From a virus: a stretch of 64,000 nucleotides of DNA. Positions 36,268 to 45,856 of this stretch are shown here, in pieces; position 1 is the stretch's first letter; each line of letters opens with the position of its first letter. The position numbers and the translations under genes were made by a program. Under the pieces are notes generated by a model. It had not been told where the DNA came from and made no database searches. It was given only the letters and a program-made list of their open reading frames with translations. The stretch spans positions 3,138-67,137 of IMG/VR virus record IMGVR_UViG_3300037307_000543, one strand, 5' to 3'.

Positions 36268-37288
36268 GCCTCTCTCCTTTCATTTCCTCCAACGCTTCAT
36301 TCTTTCAACTCCACAATCGCCGGATTGACTACTTCTTCTTCTTCACTCGCTCCATAGCGTGCCATTTCCTGAGTTCCTCTCCATGAATCCATGCTTGAGA
36401 AAGGATACCCACCGCCATCACATACATGAATCCAGTTATTCCTTCAGTGTCCGCATCATGTGATGCCTGTTTCGCTATGTCCTTCAGCTCTTCTCCCTTG
36501 TTTATCCTTTCTTCCATAAGGTTCGCCCACCGTGCTGCATAGCTGAAGCACGCATAGCCATACGGATCTTGGTTGTTTCTTAGTCCTTCTTCCCAATCCT
36601 TTTTTCCTCAATAATAGAAAATTTTTCAATCATTTTCCTTCCCTTTTCTCCAGTACAGGACTCGTCGTCTTAACAAATACTTAATTCTTGTTAAGTGTGG
36701 CTTAATCTTCTTCTTTTCCCAAGACAACTACTCTTCCGCTTCTATATGGCTGTAGTGATCGTCCCCACATAGTTGGTTCCAAATGGATAATGATCGTATC
36801 TCATTATCTTCCACCATTCCCACCAGTGGACCGCGTACCCTTCTGTGGCATACCTTTTTATTTCCGCCCCCATCCTCATTTCAGGAGCAGCTTCACACAC
36901 ATAATAAATGAGACTTTTAATCATCTTCTCTGTTTCCTGATTTCCTGCTCTATGTCTCTTTCATCCCTTTTCTGTATTTCCTTCAGCAGCTTCTCGACTT
37001 CCTGCTCGTGCTTTACACAGAGGTGATAGCTGCACCCTGTTGAAATTCCACATACCTCGCAAATCCTTTCTTCAGGAAATATTCTCAAAATTTCCTGTCC
37101 ACAGAATCATCTCTTTATCGGTCATCTCTTCTCTCCTGTTCTCAGCTCATACATTGCGCTGGTAGATAGCTCTTCAGTTTGTCTGTGATTCTTGAGAGCT
37201 GTTCTGATCCAGTCCAACATCTCAGTCTCTTTCAGATTCGTTTTCATCCATTCCCATAGCTCCTCATCTATCACAACAGGCAATATTT

Positions 37289-37516
37289 TCATTTGTACAC
37301 CACCCTTGCGTATTTCGTTCCCGTTACCCTTTTTACCTTTTCTATTTTTCCAAGAGCTTCCTCAAGATCGTTGATAAACAAGTCAGTCACTTTGAGCCCT
37401 TTGCTGAAATTGATTAACGATGCCTTACCTATCCCTATGGCTTTGCCAAATACACCCCAGGACATATCGTTTTTCAGATCCATCATTTTCTTTCTCAACT
37501 CATCATACTTATCCAT
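37289..37516 (-). CDS. XRE/Cro-like helix-turn-helix protein
   Basis: MSWGVFGKAIGIGKASLINFSKG; AGGAGG ribosome-binding site. Confidence 0.6.
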   Translation of the reverse strand: MDKYDELRKKMMDLKNDMSWGVFGKAIGIGKASLINFSKGLKVTDLFINDLEEALGKIEKVKRVTGTKYARVVYK

Positions 37517-37527
37517 TTGCTTCCTCC

Positions 37528-38130
37528 TTATACATATCCTTCCAGCTTTGCTTTCTTCATAAACTCAGCAAATATCTCTTTCGGTGTTGCATCTTCCCAT
37601 TCGGTCTTTATTTCTTGACCGATAAACATACCTACTCTCTCTTTCAGTTTTTCCATTCTCTCCTTGTTGTTTCTTCCTTCCATATCAAAGTCTCTTGCTT
37701 TGTTCATTGCTCCTTCATGTTTGCCACGCGCCTTGAAGAAGAGAATTCTCATTGTGTGTTGGAGAAGATTCTGGAATATCCTGATCAGTTTATCCATCTC
37801 CTTCACATATCCTTCAGCATCATACTCGCTTTCCCTTTCCGTAAGCCTTCTCTTTGAATTGTAAAGCAACTTCAACTGACTCTTTATTCCTTGGTCCAGT
37901 CTCCAGTCAGCTTTGTACTCGGTGCCGCGAGCAAGCATCGTCCTGTCAAACCAGTACAGGTCATAGATCGCATTGATAGCCTTATGAACATCATCAGACA
38001 GTGAGTTCATTTTGTCGAAGTTCTTCGACTTGAACGCGTTAGCGAACGCCTTCTGTACGCTTGGGATCTTCTCTACAACCTCAAGCGTCTTCTCCGCGTA
38101 CACCACTGGAGATGGTGGAAGATGTATCAT
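37528..38130 (-). CDS. Helical hypothetical protein
   Basis: 200-aa ORF with a ribosome-binding site. Confidence 0.65.
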   Translation of the reverse strand: MIHLPPSPVVYAEKTLEVVEKIPSVQKAFANAFKSKNFDKMNSLSDDVHKAINAIYDLYWFDRTMLARGTEYKADWRLDQGIKSQLKLLYNSKRRLTERESEYDAEGYVKEMDKLIRIFQNLLQHTMRILFFKARGKHEGAMNKARDFDMEGRNNKERMEKLKERVGMFIGQEIKTEWEDATPKEIFAEFMKKAKLEGYV

Positions 38131-38515
38131 ATCTCCAATCCTCTTGCGTGGTTGTTATAAGATTCACTTGTCTCCATTGGTCAGCCTTTGCTTGAGCTTC
38201 TTCGTCGCTTTTCGCCCAGAAGTATCCAGAGTCTTTCGTGAACTCATCTTCTGAGTTATGATCTTCAGTGGGAATTATTCTTTCAGGAGAAAGGCTGAAC
38301 GGATTTGCTGAAGGCCACCCAAAGTCGATATGGTAAAATATCCAGCCTTCTTGAACTTTGGCGATGATGCGCTGAAGGTTTTCGTTGTCATCTTTTTTCA
38401 CCCCAAGGTCGGCTCCATACATCCCTTTGAGAAGCTTGGAATACTTCAACGCTTCGGGGCGCTTGAAGAACTTTGCGTAGACGTAGCCACTCTCTTTATC
38501 ATAAACTTGCCACAT
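38081..38515 (-). CDS. Hypothetical protein
   Basis: ORF track; AGGAGGAG ribosome-binding site. Confidence 0.55.
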   Translation of the reverse strand: MWQVYDKESGYVYAKFFKRPEALKYSKLLKGMYGADLGVKKDDNENLQRIIAKVQEGWIFYHIDFGWPSANPFSLSPERIIPTEDHNSEDEFTKDSGYFWAKSDEEAQAKADQWRQVNLITTTQEDWRYDTSSTISSGVRGEDA

Positions 38516-38688
38516 TTACTCTCCTCCTTTTGGTTTACCTAATACAGCCGCCCACTCATCGGGATCAAGGTCAGTTTTGAAGTTCTTGTTTTCCTCTTCC
38601 TCGTACTCGAAGCACACCGGGCATAGACCATAGAAACGATCCCATTCTTTTTTGCTGATTTCCGTCTCGCAATTTCGGCACCTTAATA

Positions 38689-38910
38689 TCATTGGATTTT
38701 TTCGTTCATGAAGCTATTTTTAGCTTCATGATCTAACCACTCCAGGACCAAGCTTCTCAACTCTTGCTGACATTTCGGGCATAGCCGAAAATAGTACCCG
38801 TCCATAGACTGCCGCTCTTCGACCTTCAGGGAGATGCTTCGCAGATGGTCTCGTGCTCCGCATCTAATACACTCCTTTGTGTCAAGCCTATGGACGGGTA
38901 AATCGGTCAT
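38689..38910 (-). CDS. Small zinc-finger protein containing palindrome copy 4
   Basis: CIRCG...CPKC. Confidence 0.6.
   Translation of the reverse strand: MTDLPVHRLDTKECIRCGARDHLRSISLKVEERQSMDGYYFRLCPKCQQELRSLVLEWLDHEAKNSFMNEKIQ
38706..38731. repeat. Dispersed palindrome copy 4 (intragenic)
   Basis: TCATGAAGCTA-TTTT-TAGCTTCATGA, encoding HEAKNSFM on the minus strand. Confidence 0.85.
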
Positions 38911-39200
38911 GCGTTCATGCCTGCTTTCAGCGGGCTTGATACACGGAAAGAGATCGCCTTGCGAGCAGGCACTTGATGCACCTTCCCATCGATAGGACTC
39001 TTGAGAGTCCTACCCTTGCGCTGTTTCACCTTGAAGTCTCCAAGCCCTCTGAACTGTACGTCACCGCCTGCTTTGAGCACGTCAATGGCGGTATCCAGAA
39101 ACAGATTCACCACACCCTTGATATCGGCTTTGGAGAATCCTTCCGACTTGGAATATACCATCTCGATCAAATCGCCGGTTGCTACTTTTTTCGCAGCCAT
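38907..39200 (-). CDS. hup: HU/IHF-family DNA-binding protein
   Basis: VQFRGLGDFKVKQRKGRTLKSP...VPARKAISFRVS; start at ATG 39200 after GGAGGG. Confidence 0.88.
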   Translation of the reverse strand: MAAKKVATGDLIEMVYSKSEGFSKADIKGVVNLFLDTAIDVLKAGGDVQFRGLGDFKVKQRKGRTLKSPIDGKVHQVPARKAISFRVSSPLKAGMNA

Positions 39201-39267
39201 GTTTCCCTCCAGAAGATATTGAAATTTGAACACTCTCCGGATAACATAAGTAAAATCAGAATGCAAG

Positions 39268-39891
39268 TTATTTTTTTCTGAAAATCCAAAACACAGACCC
39301 CCACTTCCTCGCGTGAAGCTGGTGCTTATGTCTCATCGTTGGTCTATTGTTCACCGATATCACAAAGAGCTTATCGATAGGATCGAACTTAACTTCTCTT
39401 GCCCATTCTAAAATATCGTGTTCGATCCAGTGTTGTTTTCCGCTCGATATGAAGTTCTGACATTTTACGATAAACAGTCCTTTTTCTACCAACACCCATC
39501 GAATCTTATATATTCCATTCAAATAAGCCTCATAAATCGCTTTCTCTCCACAAACCGATTCAAGATTATACTGCCGTTCGATCATGTCGGTTCTCTTCGC
39601 CGTTGAGCTGTTCCCGTACGGTGGATCGAAGACAACGCAATCAAACGACTCTCTCCGAAAAGGGAGAGCCTCGTAGTCGGCCTGGAGGTCAAGGAAGGGG
39701 AAAGGATAGCGGTCCATCCGTACGACCGTGTACGGACCTGTCACGCGTTTCCAGAAGACGCCCTTAGAATAGGTAGCATCCAAGATGATCGCGTCAGCCG
39801 GAACATAGAACTCTATGATCTCCCTGAACGCGTCCGGTTGATCGAGATACTCATGGTTCGCTCCACAGAGCATTGTAGAGTAGAGAGTCAC
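39268..39891 (-). CDS. Orphan amino-DNA methyltransferase
   Basis: ILDATYSKG and FDCVVFDPPY. Confidence 0.75.
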   Translation of the reverse strand: MTLYSTMLCGANHEYLDQPDAFREIIEFYVPADAIILDATYSKGVFWKRVTGPYTVVRMDRYPFPFLDLQADYEALPFRRESFDCVVFDPPYGNSSTAKRTDMIERQYNLESVCGEKAIYEAYLNGIYKIRWVLVEKGLFIVKCQNFISSGKQHWIEHDILEWAREVKFDPIDKLFVISVNNRPTMRHKHQLHARKWGSVFWIFRKK

Positions 39892-40169
39892 TCAACCACA
39901 TCCTTCGCATAAACATCAATATCATCGTTTCTTGGTATCATAACAACTCTCTTCTCTCTCATTTGAATAGTCGCTATCGCCCCCCATAGCCCAGTCGCCT
40001 TGTTAATTGTTTCCCACCCTTTTCCATTCCAAAAGGCAACTTCATTGTCTTTGAAAATACGGTATGACCGGACCGTTTCTTTCCTTTTCAGTGCGATCTC
40101 TTTCAAGCACGCCATACAGAGATCGATTCTCTCAGAAAATTCTGTGCCACAAAGCTTGCAAACAGGCAT
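39888..40169 (-). CDS. Small zinc-binding hypothetical protein
   Basis: CKLCG...CMAC. Confidence 0.55.
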   Translation of the reverse strand: MPVCKLCGTEFSERIDLCMACLKEIALKRKETVRSYRIFKDNEVAFWNGKGWETINKATGLWGAIATIQMREKRVVMIPRNDDIDVYAKDVVE

Positions 40170-40573
40170 TACAACATCCCCCTCCGCAAAAGCAACTCTC
40201 TTCTGATCTCAAGATAGTGACTGAGAGGAATGGCAATCCAAGTCTCTTGTTTGCCCAACGTCCCTCTCTTAAACACTACCGCAGGCTCACAGCCGTACTC
40301 TGTATTCTCTGTAGCCTGAGCAAGAGCTTTCCACATGTTGATGCTCTTCATGTTCTTGCATTCAATGGAAAGCCCAACCTTCGCTCTGCCCGTTGAGGAA
40401 AGCTTTATATCTACCCCAGTCTCGCACCCTACGGGAGTTCTGATCTCGTCCTCAGTAAGCTCAAACGCATCTTTGACAAGCTCCATCACTCGCTTCTGAA
40501 AGCTTCTCCCTTTCTGAATCCTGCTTCTCACGTTTGCTGCCATAGTCATCCTCCGACAACCAACCTGTATCAA
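40169..40573 (-). CDS. PD-(D/E)xK Holliday-junction resolvase-like nuclease
   Basis: KGRSFQKRV, GVDI, SIECKN, PAVVFKR. Confidence 0.78.
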   Translation of the reverse strand: MIQVGCRRMTMAANVRSRIQKGRSFQKRVMELVKDAFELTEDEIRTPVGCETGVDIKLSSTGRAKVGLSIECKNMKSINMWKALAQATENTEYGCEPAVVFKRGTLGKQETWIAIPLSHYLEIRRELLLRRGML

Positions 40574-41072
40574 GGCTTAGTTCAAGCTTCTCGCGATGGT
40601 CATGAAAATCAATGAAGTCCATTCCAGCTATCGCCTTCAGAATAGAGGCAGAAAATCTCCTGGTAGAGATCACTTTGAACTTCTTACCCATTGCTCGAAA
40701 CGCTTCAAGAATACAGTCAAAGTCGCCATCTCCAGTCACGATGATAGCAAGATCATAATATGGATTGTTCAGGCAGATATCTCTGAGCATAACCATATCG
40801 AGATTTGACTTGTGAAACATGTCTCCGTTTTCCAGTTTCACTTCCTTCACTGGCTTAGAGACAATCTGATAGCCGAAATCAACGAGACGAGCAAAGAACG
40901 CTTTCTTCTCAGAAGTATCATCTTTGTACGATCCGATATAATAAGCTGCTCTTTCCAGGTCTCCAAATTGTTTACAAAACTTCAAAAGCTTTTCAAAGTC
41001 GAGTCTCCATCCGAGATCGTCCTTCTGAAGATAAAACAAGTTGTCACCATCAATGTAGAGATGAACAATCAT
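40461..41072 (-). CDS. NYN/LabA (PIN-like) domain ribonuclease
   Basis: LYIDGDNL, KSNLDMVM..D, IVTGDGDF, GKKFKVIS. Confidence 0.82.
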   Translation of the reverse strand: MIVHLYIDGDNLFYLQKDDLGWRLDFEKLLKFCKQFGDLERAAYYIGSYKDDTSEKKAFFARLVDFGYQIVSKPVKEVKLENGDMFHKSNLDMVMLRDICLNNPYYDLAIIVTGDGDFDCILEAFRAMGKKFKVISTRRFSASILKAIAGMDFIDFHDHREKLELSLDTGWLSEDDYGSKREKQDSEREKLSEASDGACQRCV

Positions 41073-41099
41073 TCTTCTTTCCTTTCTTTGTTAGCCAAT

Positions 41100-42095
41100 T
41101 CATTCTTTTGATCCTGTGGAAAGCTTCCTAATGTCCTCTGCGCTTACTACTTCTTTCCCTAGCTGCGCCTTCTTCAAGATGTTGCGAAGGAATATCCCTT
41201 TCGCAATCGCCGCCGCAATGCTCTCATCGTCTATGAGCTGATATTCAGAGGTCTTCGGAAACTCGCCATAAATCCTCGCCACAACCCACGGACTTCCCGG
41301 CCCATGTCTCCTGAGCTGTTGATTGATCCAAGCCATTGAGCAGAGCCCTGGATATGGTTCGGGTTCGATAGCGCAGTACTTTCCCTCTTTATCAACGCCA
41401 ATGTTTGGAGACTCGTATGAGCTGATCTTGATAATGTGGTATCCGGGTACGGCTCTCGTATGAGTCTCGTGGAAATAAGTATTCGGTTCAATCGGATTCC
41501 CAATGAGCAACACCTTGTTGTCTTTTGAAGTAAGAAGCCCTTCAGCAGAATCATAGATCGACTTCGGAATACCGCAAGCTTCATCGAATACCACAAGCAT
41601 ATTGCCCGCATGGATACCTTGAAACGCTTGCTCTTCGTCAGTCGTAAACCCGATTGCATAGTGTTCAGGATCATCGGGATCTCTTACCTTCATTGTCTTC
41701 AGACACTCACCCGCTCTCGCTACATTCTGCCTTAGCCTTATGTGAAGCTTCTCAATCGCTGACCAAAGAATCTCTTTTACCTGTCGGCCCGTAGGTGCAG
41801 TCGTAACGACGCGAGAACCGGGAAAACAGGTAAAATACCAGAGAACAAGTGCGGCAGTGCCGTAAGATTTCCCTACGCCATGCCCGCTTCTGACAGTCGT
41901 GCGCTGGTTCGCAGCAACCGCCCTCATAAATTCCCGTTGTCTCTCCCACGTGCTGAGACCAAGAAATCTCTTAGACCACACATCGGGAAATCTCTGGTAA
42001 AGCGCCATTAGGTCTTGAACGAATCCGTGTTCTTCCCATATCTGGTTCTCTATCTCATATGGATCCTTGATCTTTTTTGCTTCAGAAAACGACAT
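41100..42095 (-). CDS. terL: Terminase large subunit, stand-alone ATPase domain
   Basis: WERQRE, VRSGHGVGKS (Walker A), VTTAPTGRQV, VVFDEACGI (Walker B), LLIGNP, ARIYGEFP; start at 42095 (TAATG coupling). Confidence 0.9.
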   Translation of the reverse strand: MSFSEAKKIKDPYEIENQIWEEHGFVQDLMALYQRFPDVWSKRFLGLSTWERQREFMRAVAANQRTTVRSGHGVGKSYGTAALVLWYFTCFPGSRVVTTAPTGRQVKEILWSAIEKLHIRLRQNVARAGECLKTMKVRDPDDPEHYAIGFTTDEEQAFQGIHAGNMLVVFDEACGIPKSIYDSAEGLLTSKDNKVLLIGNPIEPNTYFHETHTRAVPGYHIIKISSYESPNIGVDKEGKYCAIEPEPYPGLCSMAWINQQLRRHGPGSPWVVARIYGEFPKTSEYQLIDDESIAAAIAKGIFLRNILKKAQLGKEVVSAEDIRKLSTGSKE

Positions 42096-42262
42096 TAATG
42101 ATGCCCCACGTGCCATTTACCACAAAGACCGCATTTCCAAGCTTTGAGCCTAGTTGGTCTTCTGCAATCCGGCGCTTTCTTTAATTCTTCAATCCATTCT
42201 TCCGCTTTCTCTTTTGTTTTGAATGGTTTTTTCCTGTAACATGAAAGCAATCCACCAGCCAT
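42095..42262 (-). CDS. Small zinc-finger protein (55 aa)
   Basis: Manual translation MAGGLLSCYRKKPF...AWKCGLCGKWHVGHH; coupled on both sides. Confidence 0.6.
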   Translation of the reverse strand: MAGGLLSCYRKKPFKTKEKAEEWIEELKKAPDCRRPTRLKAWKCGLCGKWHVGHH

Positions 42263-44166
42263 TACACCTCCAATGAAGTAATCCCATTCTCGTACTTCAC
42301 AACGATCAGATCGTCTACCATACTCGGGTCTACATCCACATGTGACACGAGATAAAGCGGTTTCTGATCAAAATGCTCTCTCAACAATCCTAACACATCG
42401 GACACGCCCTGGCTATCTAAACCATTAAAGGGCTCGTCGAGAATGAGAAGATTGATCTCTTTTTCGCTCTGGATCAGCTTCATTTCCCCAAGAGCGAGAG
42501 ACACGGCAAGATTGACACGCGCCTTCTCTCCACCCGAAAGACCTCTATAGTTGTCCGCTCCACCTCTTTTGGATGCAGAGAGACCGAACCTCTCACGATA
42601 TTCTCCTGACTTGAGCTTGACAACAGTATGAAACTCGGCCTTGAGCATACCATCACTGATCATGTCGAGGTATTTCTTGATCTTCGAGTTGAGTACAGGA
42701 GTAATGGTCTCCAAGAGAAAGCTCTGAATCCCTTGAACACCAAATCCCTCCTGCCAAAAGCGAGCAGGCACAAGGCACTCATCACATGCTTTCAGCTTTC
42801 CTTCCGCTTCTTCTACTGCCCTTTCAAGCTCCTCAAGTTCCGCCTCATAAGCCTTTATCCTCTCGGTGTATGGGCTGGCAGATAACTTGAGTCTAGTCAG
42901 CTCAGCCTTTTGATCTTTCATCTTTGACTCAAGGCGATTCATTGCTCTTTCTTTTTCCTCATCTTCTCGCGAAGAAAGTTCTACGAAAAGCTTCTGACGC
43001 TCCTCGTTTCCCTTCAATATGGCTTCCTCAAATGCTTTTATGTTATCAGAAGCCTCTGATAATTCGACCTGTTTCTTTTCGTTCTCTACCAAAAAAGATT
43101 GGAGTTCTACCTCGCTTATTCTTAAACGATTTTCAAGTTGTTTTCTGTGATCAGAAAGACCTTTCTTGGTAATTATACTTCCACATTCAGAACACCTTGT
43201 TCCTATAAGGCTCTCCATATCATCAAGTTTCCCACGAATATTTCTAACTTCTCTCTGACATTGAGCAATAATCAAATCAAACCGAGCAACCTTCTTGCCC
43301 AATTCCTCAGACTCTCTCTTGTAATGTCTAAGATATGCCTCGTGATCGATAATAGACCTTTTAATCTTGGCGATTCTGTGAGCTATCATCTCGTTACCCG
43401 TTCGTTTCCCTGCTTCCGCACGATAAGGGACAATAATAGCTTCGGCTTCCTTGATCTCTCTCTCAAGTTTATCAATAGAGTCTGCTTTTTCCCTTTGCCA
43501 TTCGGCCTCGTCTGTTATTGCCAAATCCTTTACGTGCAGCATCATTTCTTTCTTTTCGATAACAGAATCAATCGATCCTTGCAAATTTATTTTCTGGCTC
43601 TCGTAGAGCGTCACCTCACTCTTAGCGTTTTGATAGCAATAAGAGATCCAACCAATATCAAGAAACTTCTCCAAGAAAAACTCTTTAAGGATCTTGTCGG
43701 TCAGATACCCAAACGGAATAACGCCTTCTTGTGGAAAATAAACAGAACGGCTGAACGTATCATAGTCCATGCCAAGAAGGTTCTGAACCATATCATTGCC
43801 TGTAGCGATATTTCTGCCGGACAACTCAATGGTGTCGTCTTTGTCTGATCCCTTTAACTTTGCATAAATCTTGAGAGTAGATGTTCCATTATCTCTCTTT
43901 CGAGTTATCTCATGAATAAATTCGTCATCCTCAATGTTCACAATTACCGCACATGGCTTTTCTGGTTTGTATTGGCCTCTCGCGGTCCTGTCATAGAGGC
44001 ACCACGTCAGCGCCTCAAAGATCGTAGATTTCCCTGCCCCATTGCTTTGGGAGCCTCCATCAAGGTTTTTGCCAACGACGGCATGAACTCCCGGCTTATC
44101 GAGCGCCAGGAAAAGAGCCTCGGCCTTGTAGAATCCTTGAAGATGTACACTGTTGATGTTGATCAT
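42262..44166 (-). CDS. sbcC: SbcC/Rad50/gp46-like ATPase
   Basis: NGAGKST, coiled coil with CSEC hook, LSGGEK, LILDEP. Confidence 0.9.
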   Translation of the reverse strand: MININSVHLQGFYKAEALFLALDKPGVHAVVGKNLDGGSQSNGAGKSTIFEALTWCLYDRTARGQYKPEKPCAVIVNIEDDEFIHEITRKRDNGTSTLKIYAKLKGSDKDDTIELSGRNIATGNDMVQNLLGMDYDTFSRSVYFPQEGVIPFGYLTDKILKEFFLEKFLDIGWISYCYQNAKSEVTLYESQKINLQGSIDSVIEKKEMMLHVKDLAITDEAEWQREKADSIDKLEREIKEAEAIIVPYRAEAGKRTGNEMIAHRIAKIKRSIIDHEAYLRHYKRESEELGKKVARFDLIIAQCQREVRNIRGKLDDMESLIGTRCSECGSIITKKGLSDHRKQLENRLRISEVELQSFLVENEKKQVELSEASDNIKAFEEAILKGNEERQKLFVELSSREDEEKERAMNRLESKMKDQKAELTRLKLSASPYTERIKAYEAELEELERAVEEAEGKLKACDECLVPARFWQEGFGVQGIQSFLLETITPVLNSKIKKYLDMISDGMLKAEFHTVVKLKSGEYRERFGLSASKRGGADNYRGLSGGEKARVNLAVSLALGEMKLIQSEKEINLLILDEPFNGLDSQGVSDVLGLLREHFDQKPLYLVSHVDVDPSMVDDLIVVKYENGITSLEV

Positions 44167-45176
44167 TATTCTCGTTCCTCGTAATACCGTATGCCGTCAG
44201 CCTTCATCTCTTGTCGCTCTCTATAATCACAATAAGAAGAGATAATATCCGCGGGCTTCATTGCCACATTCACTTCCATTCTCGGTTGTTGAGTTGCGGA
44301 CTCTTCATCTTCAACGACAAACCGGATCTTCCAAGACGAATCAAGCTTCTTCTTTATGGCTTTCATCTCTCCTTCGTTCTTCACATGAACACGGTAGAAG
44401 TTCTTATTACTCAGATCAGAGTCAAAGAACCTTTTGGCGTCTTCGATTACTACAAAACACGGGGCATCAATTTGATGATGCAAGAAATTATATTCCTCCT
44501 TTTTGTCATATATCCAATATCCTTTGCTACTCTTTCCTGCATCAGAAAACGAATGTTGGTGTGGAGAGCCCAAGGAGACCCAATTGTTCCAAACGGCTCT
44601 GATGTGAAAGTCTCCAAGAAACGCCATTGGAGGCTGAACTCCATCTTGCAGGCTTACGCTATTTGGCAGCGGCACAAAGCCAGCCTTGGCAAGCAGCTCG
44701 TCTGCAAGAAAATGGCCGATGATAATTCCGTCCCCTTCTCTGTACTCAGAAAGCAAACCAGCAACCTTCTCTTTTTCCATGTGAGGTATCAAAAAGTACT
44801 TCTCGCCATTAAAGGTACACGGTCCTGGAGTCATGATCTCTGACATGTAATCAACAAACACATCCAAAGCACTGTACTTCCTAGAACCAACGCTATAGTC
44901 ATGTTGACCAGGAATGGCAAGAAATGAATTAACTGGAATAGCGGCAGCTCTGAAGACATCCATCACATAGTAAACGTGCTCAGGTTTAAGCCGAGAGCCG
45001 TCATGAAAAAAGTCACCACAGAAGATAACCGTATCTCCCTCTTCATAGGCTCCAAGAATCTCTTTGAGAACTTTTAGGCCATCCATGAAGCGCGTGTTCA
45101 GGCCAGTCTCCGGGTCTATCGAAGAGAACTCTTGCCAATCATGGAGATGAAGATCGCTAAATATGATAGACTTCAT
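44166..45176 (-). CDS. sbcD: SbcD/Mre11/gp47-like metallophosphoesterase nuclease
   Basis: IFSDLH, FCGDFFH, IPGQHD, IIGH, LGDFH; start at ATG 45176. Confidence 0.88.
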   Translation of the reverse strand: MKSIIFSDLHLHDWQEFSSIDPETGLNTRFMDGLKVLKEILGAYEEGDTVIFCGDFFHDGSRLKPEHVYYVMDVFRAAAIPVNSFLAIPGQHDYSVGSRKYSALDVFVDYMSEIMTPGPCTFNGEKYFLIPHMEKEKVAGLLSEYREGDGIIIGHFLADELLAKAGFVPLPNSVSLQDGVQPPMAFLGDFHIRAVWNNWVSLGSPHQHSFSDAGKSSKGYWIYDKKEEYNFLHHQIDAPCFVVIEDAKRFFDSDLSNKNFYRVHVKNEGEMKAIKKKLDSSWKIRFVVEDEESATQQPRMEVNVAMKPADIISSYCDYRERQEMKADGIRYYEERE

Positions 45177-45180
45177 TTTT

Positions 45181-45543
45181 CTATTTCTCGCACTTTCTGC
45201 AAACAAATGGAAAAGCGTGCTCAAAAATGTTTCCACTTGGCAGCGGAAAGTGAAGATCCTTGTAGTGAAGCACGCTATAAGTACGAAAGCACGGCTCACC
45301 ACACTTCGAGCATTTTTCAATAACGAGGGTAGCTCCTATCGTGACTACTGGATCTTCTTTTATCTTCTCCCATGTAGTAATCTCATGCTGCAATTGATGC
45401 AGGGTCACGGAACAACATACGTAATAAGTTCCATCTTCCTTGGTTATATAAGTATCGTCCCCATAAAAGGATGCTCTAGCCCTCTCGCCATTATCAAGCT
45501 CGAACTTCCCTTTCATCACTTCAAATTTTTTGGCCATTCCCAT
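45181..45543 (-). CDS. Hypothetical protein
   Basis: ORF track; Cys pairs. Confidence 0.55.
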   Translation of the reverse strand: MGMAKKFEVMKGKFELDNGERARASFYGDDTYITKEDGTYYVCCSVTLHQLQHEITTWEKIKEDPVVTIGATLVIEKCSKCGEPCFRTYSVLHYKDLHFPLPSGNIFEHAFPFVCRKCEK

Positions 45544-45553
45544 ATCCTCCTAA

Positions 45554-45856
45554 TCAAAAAAACGCATACGGATCAAGTCCTTCTCTTTTTGCATCATAAT
45601 AGCCACACATACCGCTATAATGACCCTCAAGAACGGTACTAGTCCTCGACGCAAACATCTTCATTTCCCAATATGCTTCTTCTTCTCGTTCTCCTTCCAG
45701 AGCCCACCTTCCGCCATGGAGACAAGTAAACACTACATCATGACATCCCAAAATGCTGTCTCCTACCTCTGGATATTTCCACTTACTGAGAAAACCATTA
45801 TCAATAAGATAATCTCTTCCTCCATAATAGCCGCACCTGATCCTTTTCATCTCCAT
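45554..45856 (-). CDS. Hypothetical protein
   Basis: ORF track. Confidence 0.55.
   Translation of the reverse strand: MEMKRIRCGYYGGRDYLIDNGFLSKWKYPEVGDSILGCHDVVFTCLHGGRWALEGEREEEAYWEMKMFASRTSTVLEGHYSGMCGYYDAKREGLDPYAFF

Noticed and set aside
41100-41250. Intein or group I intron explaining the terminase split
   Set aside because: No Cys/Ser-start or His-Asn-end splicing motifs, and the 19-kb gap is filled with ordinary genes.
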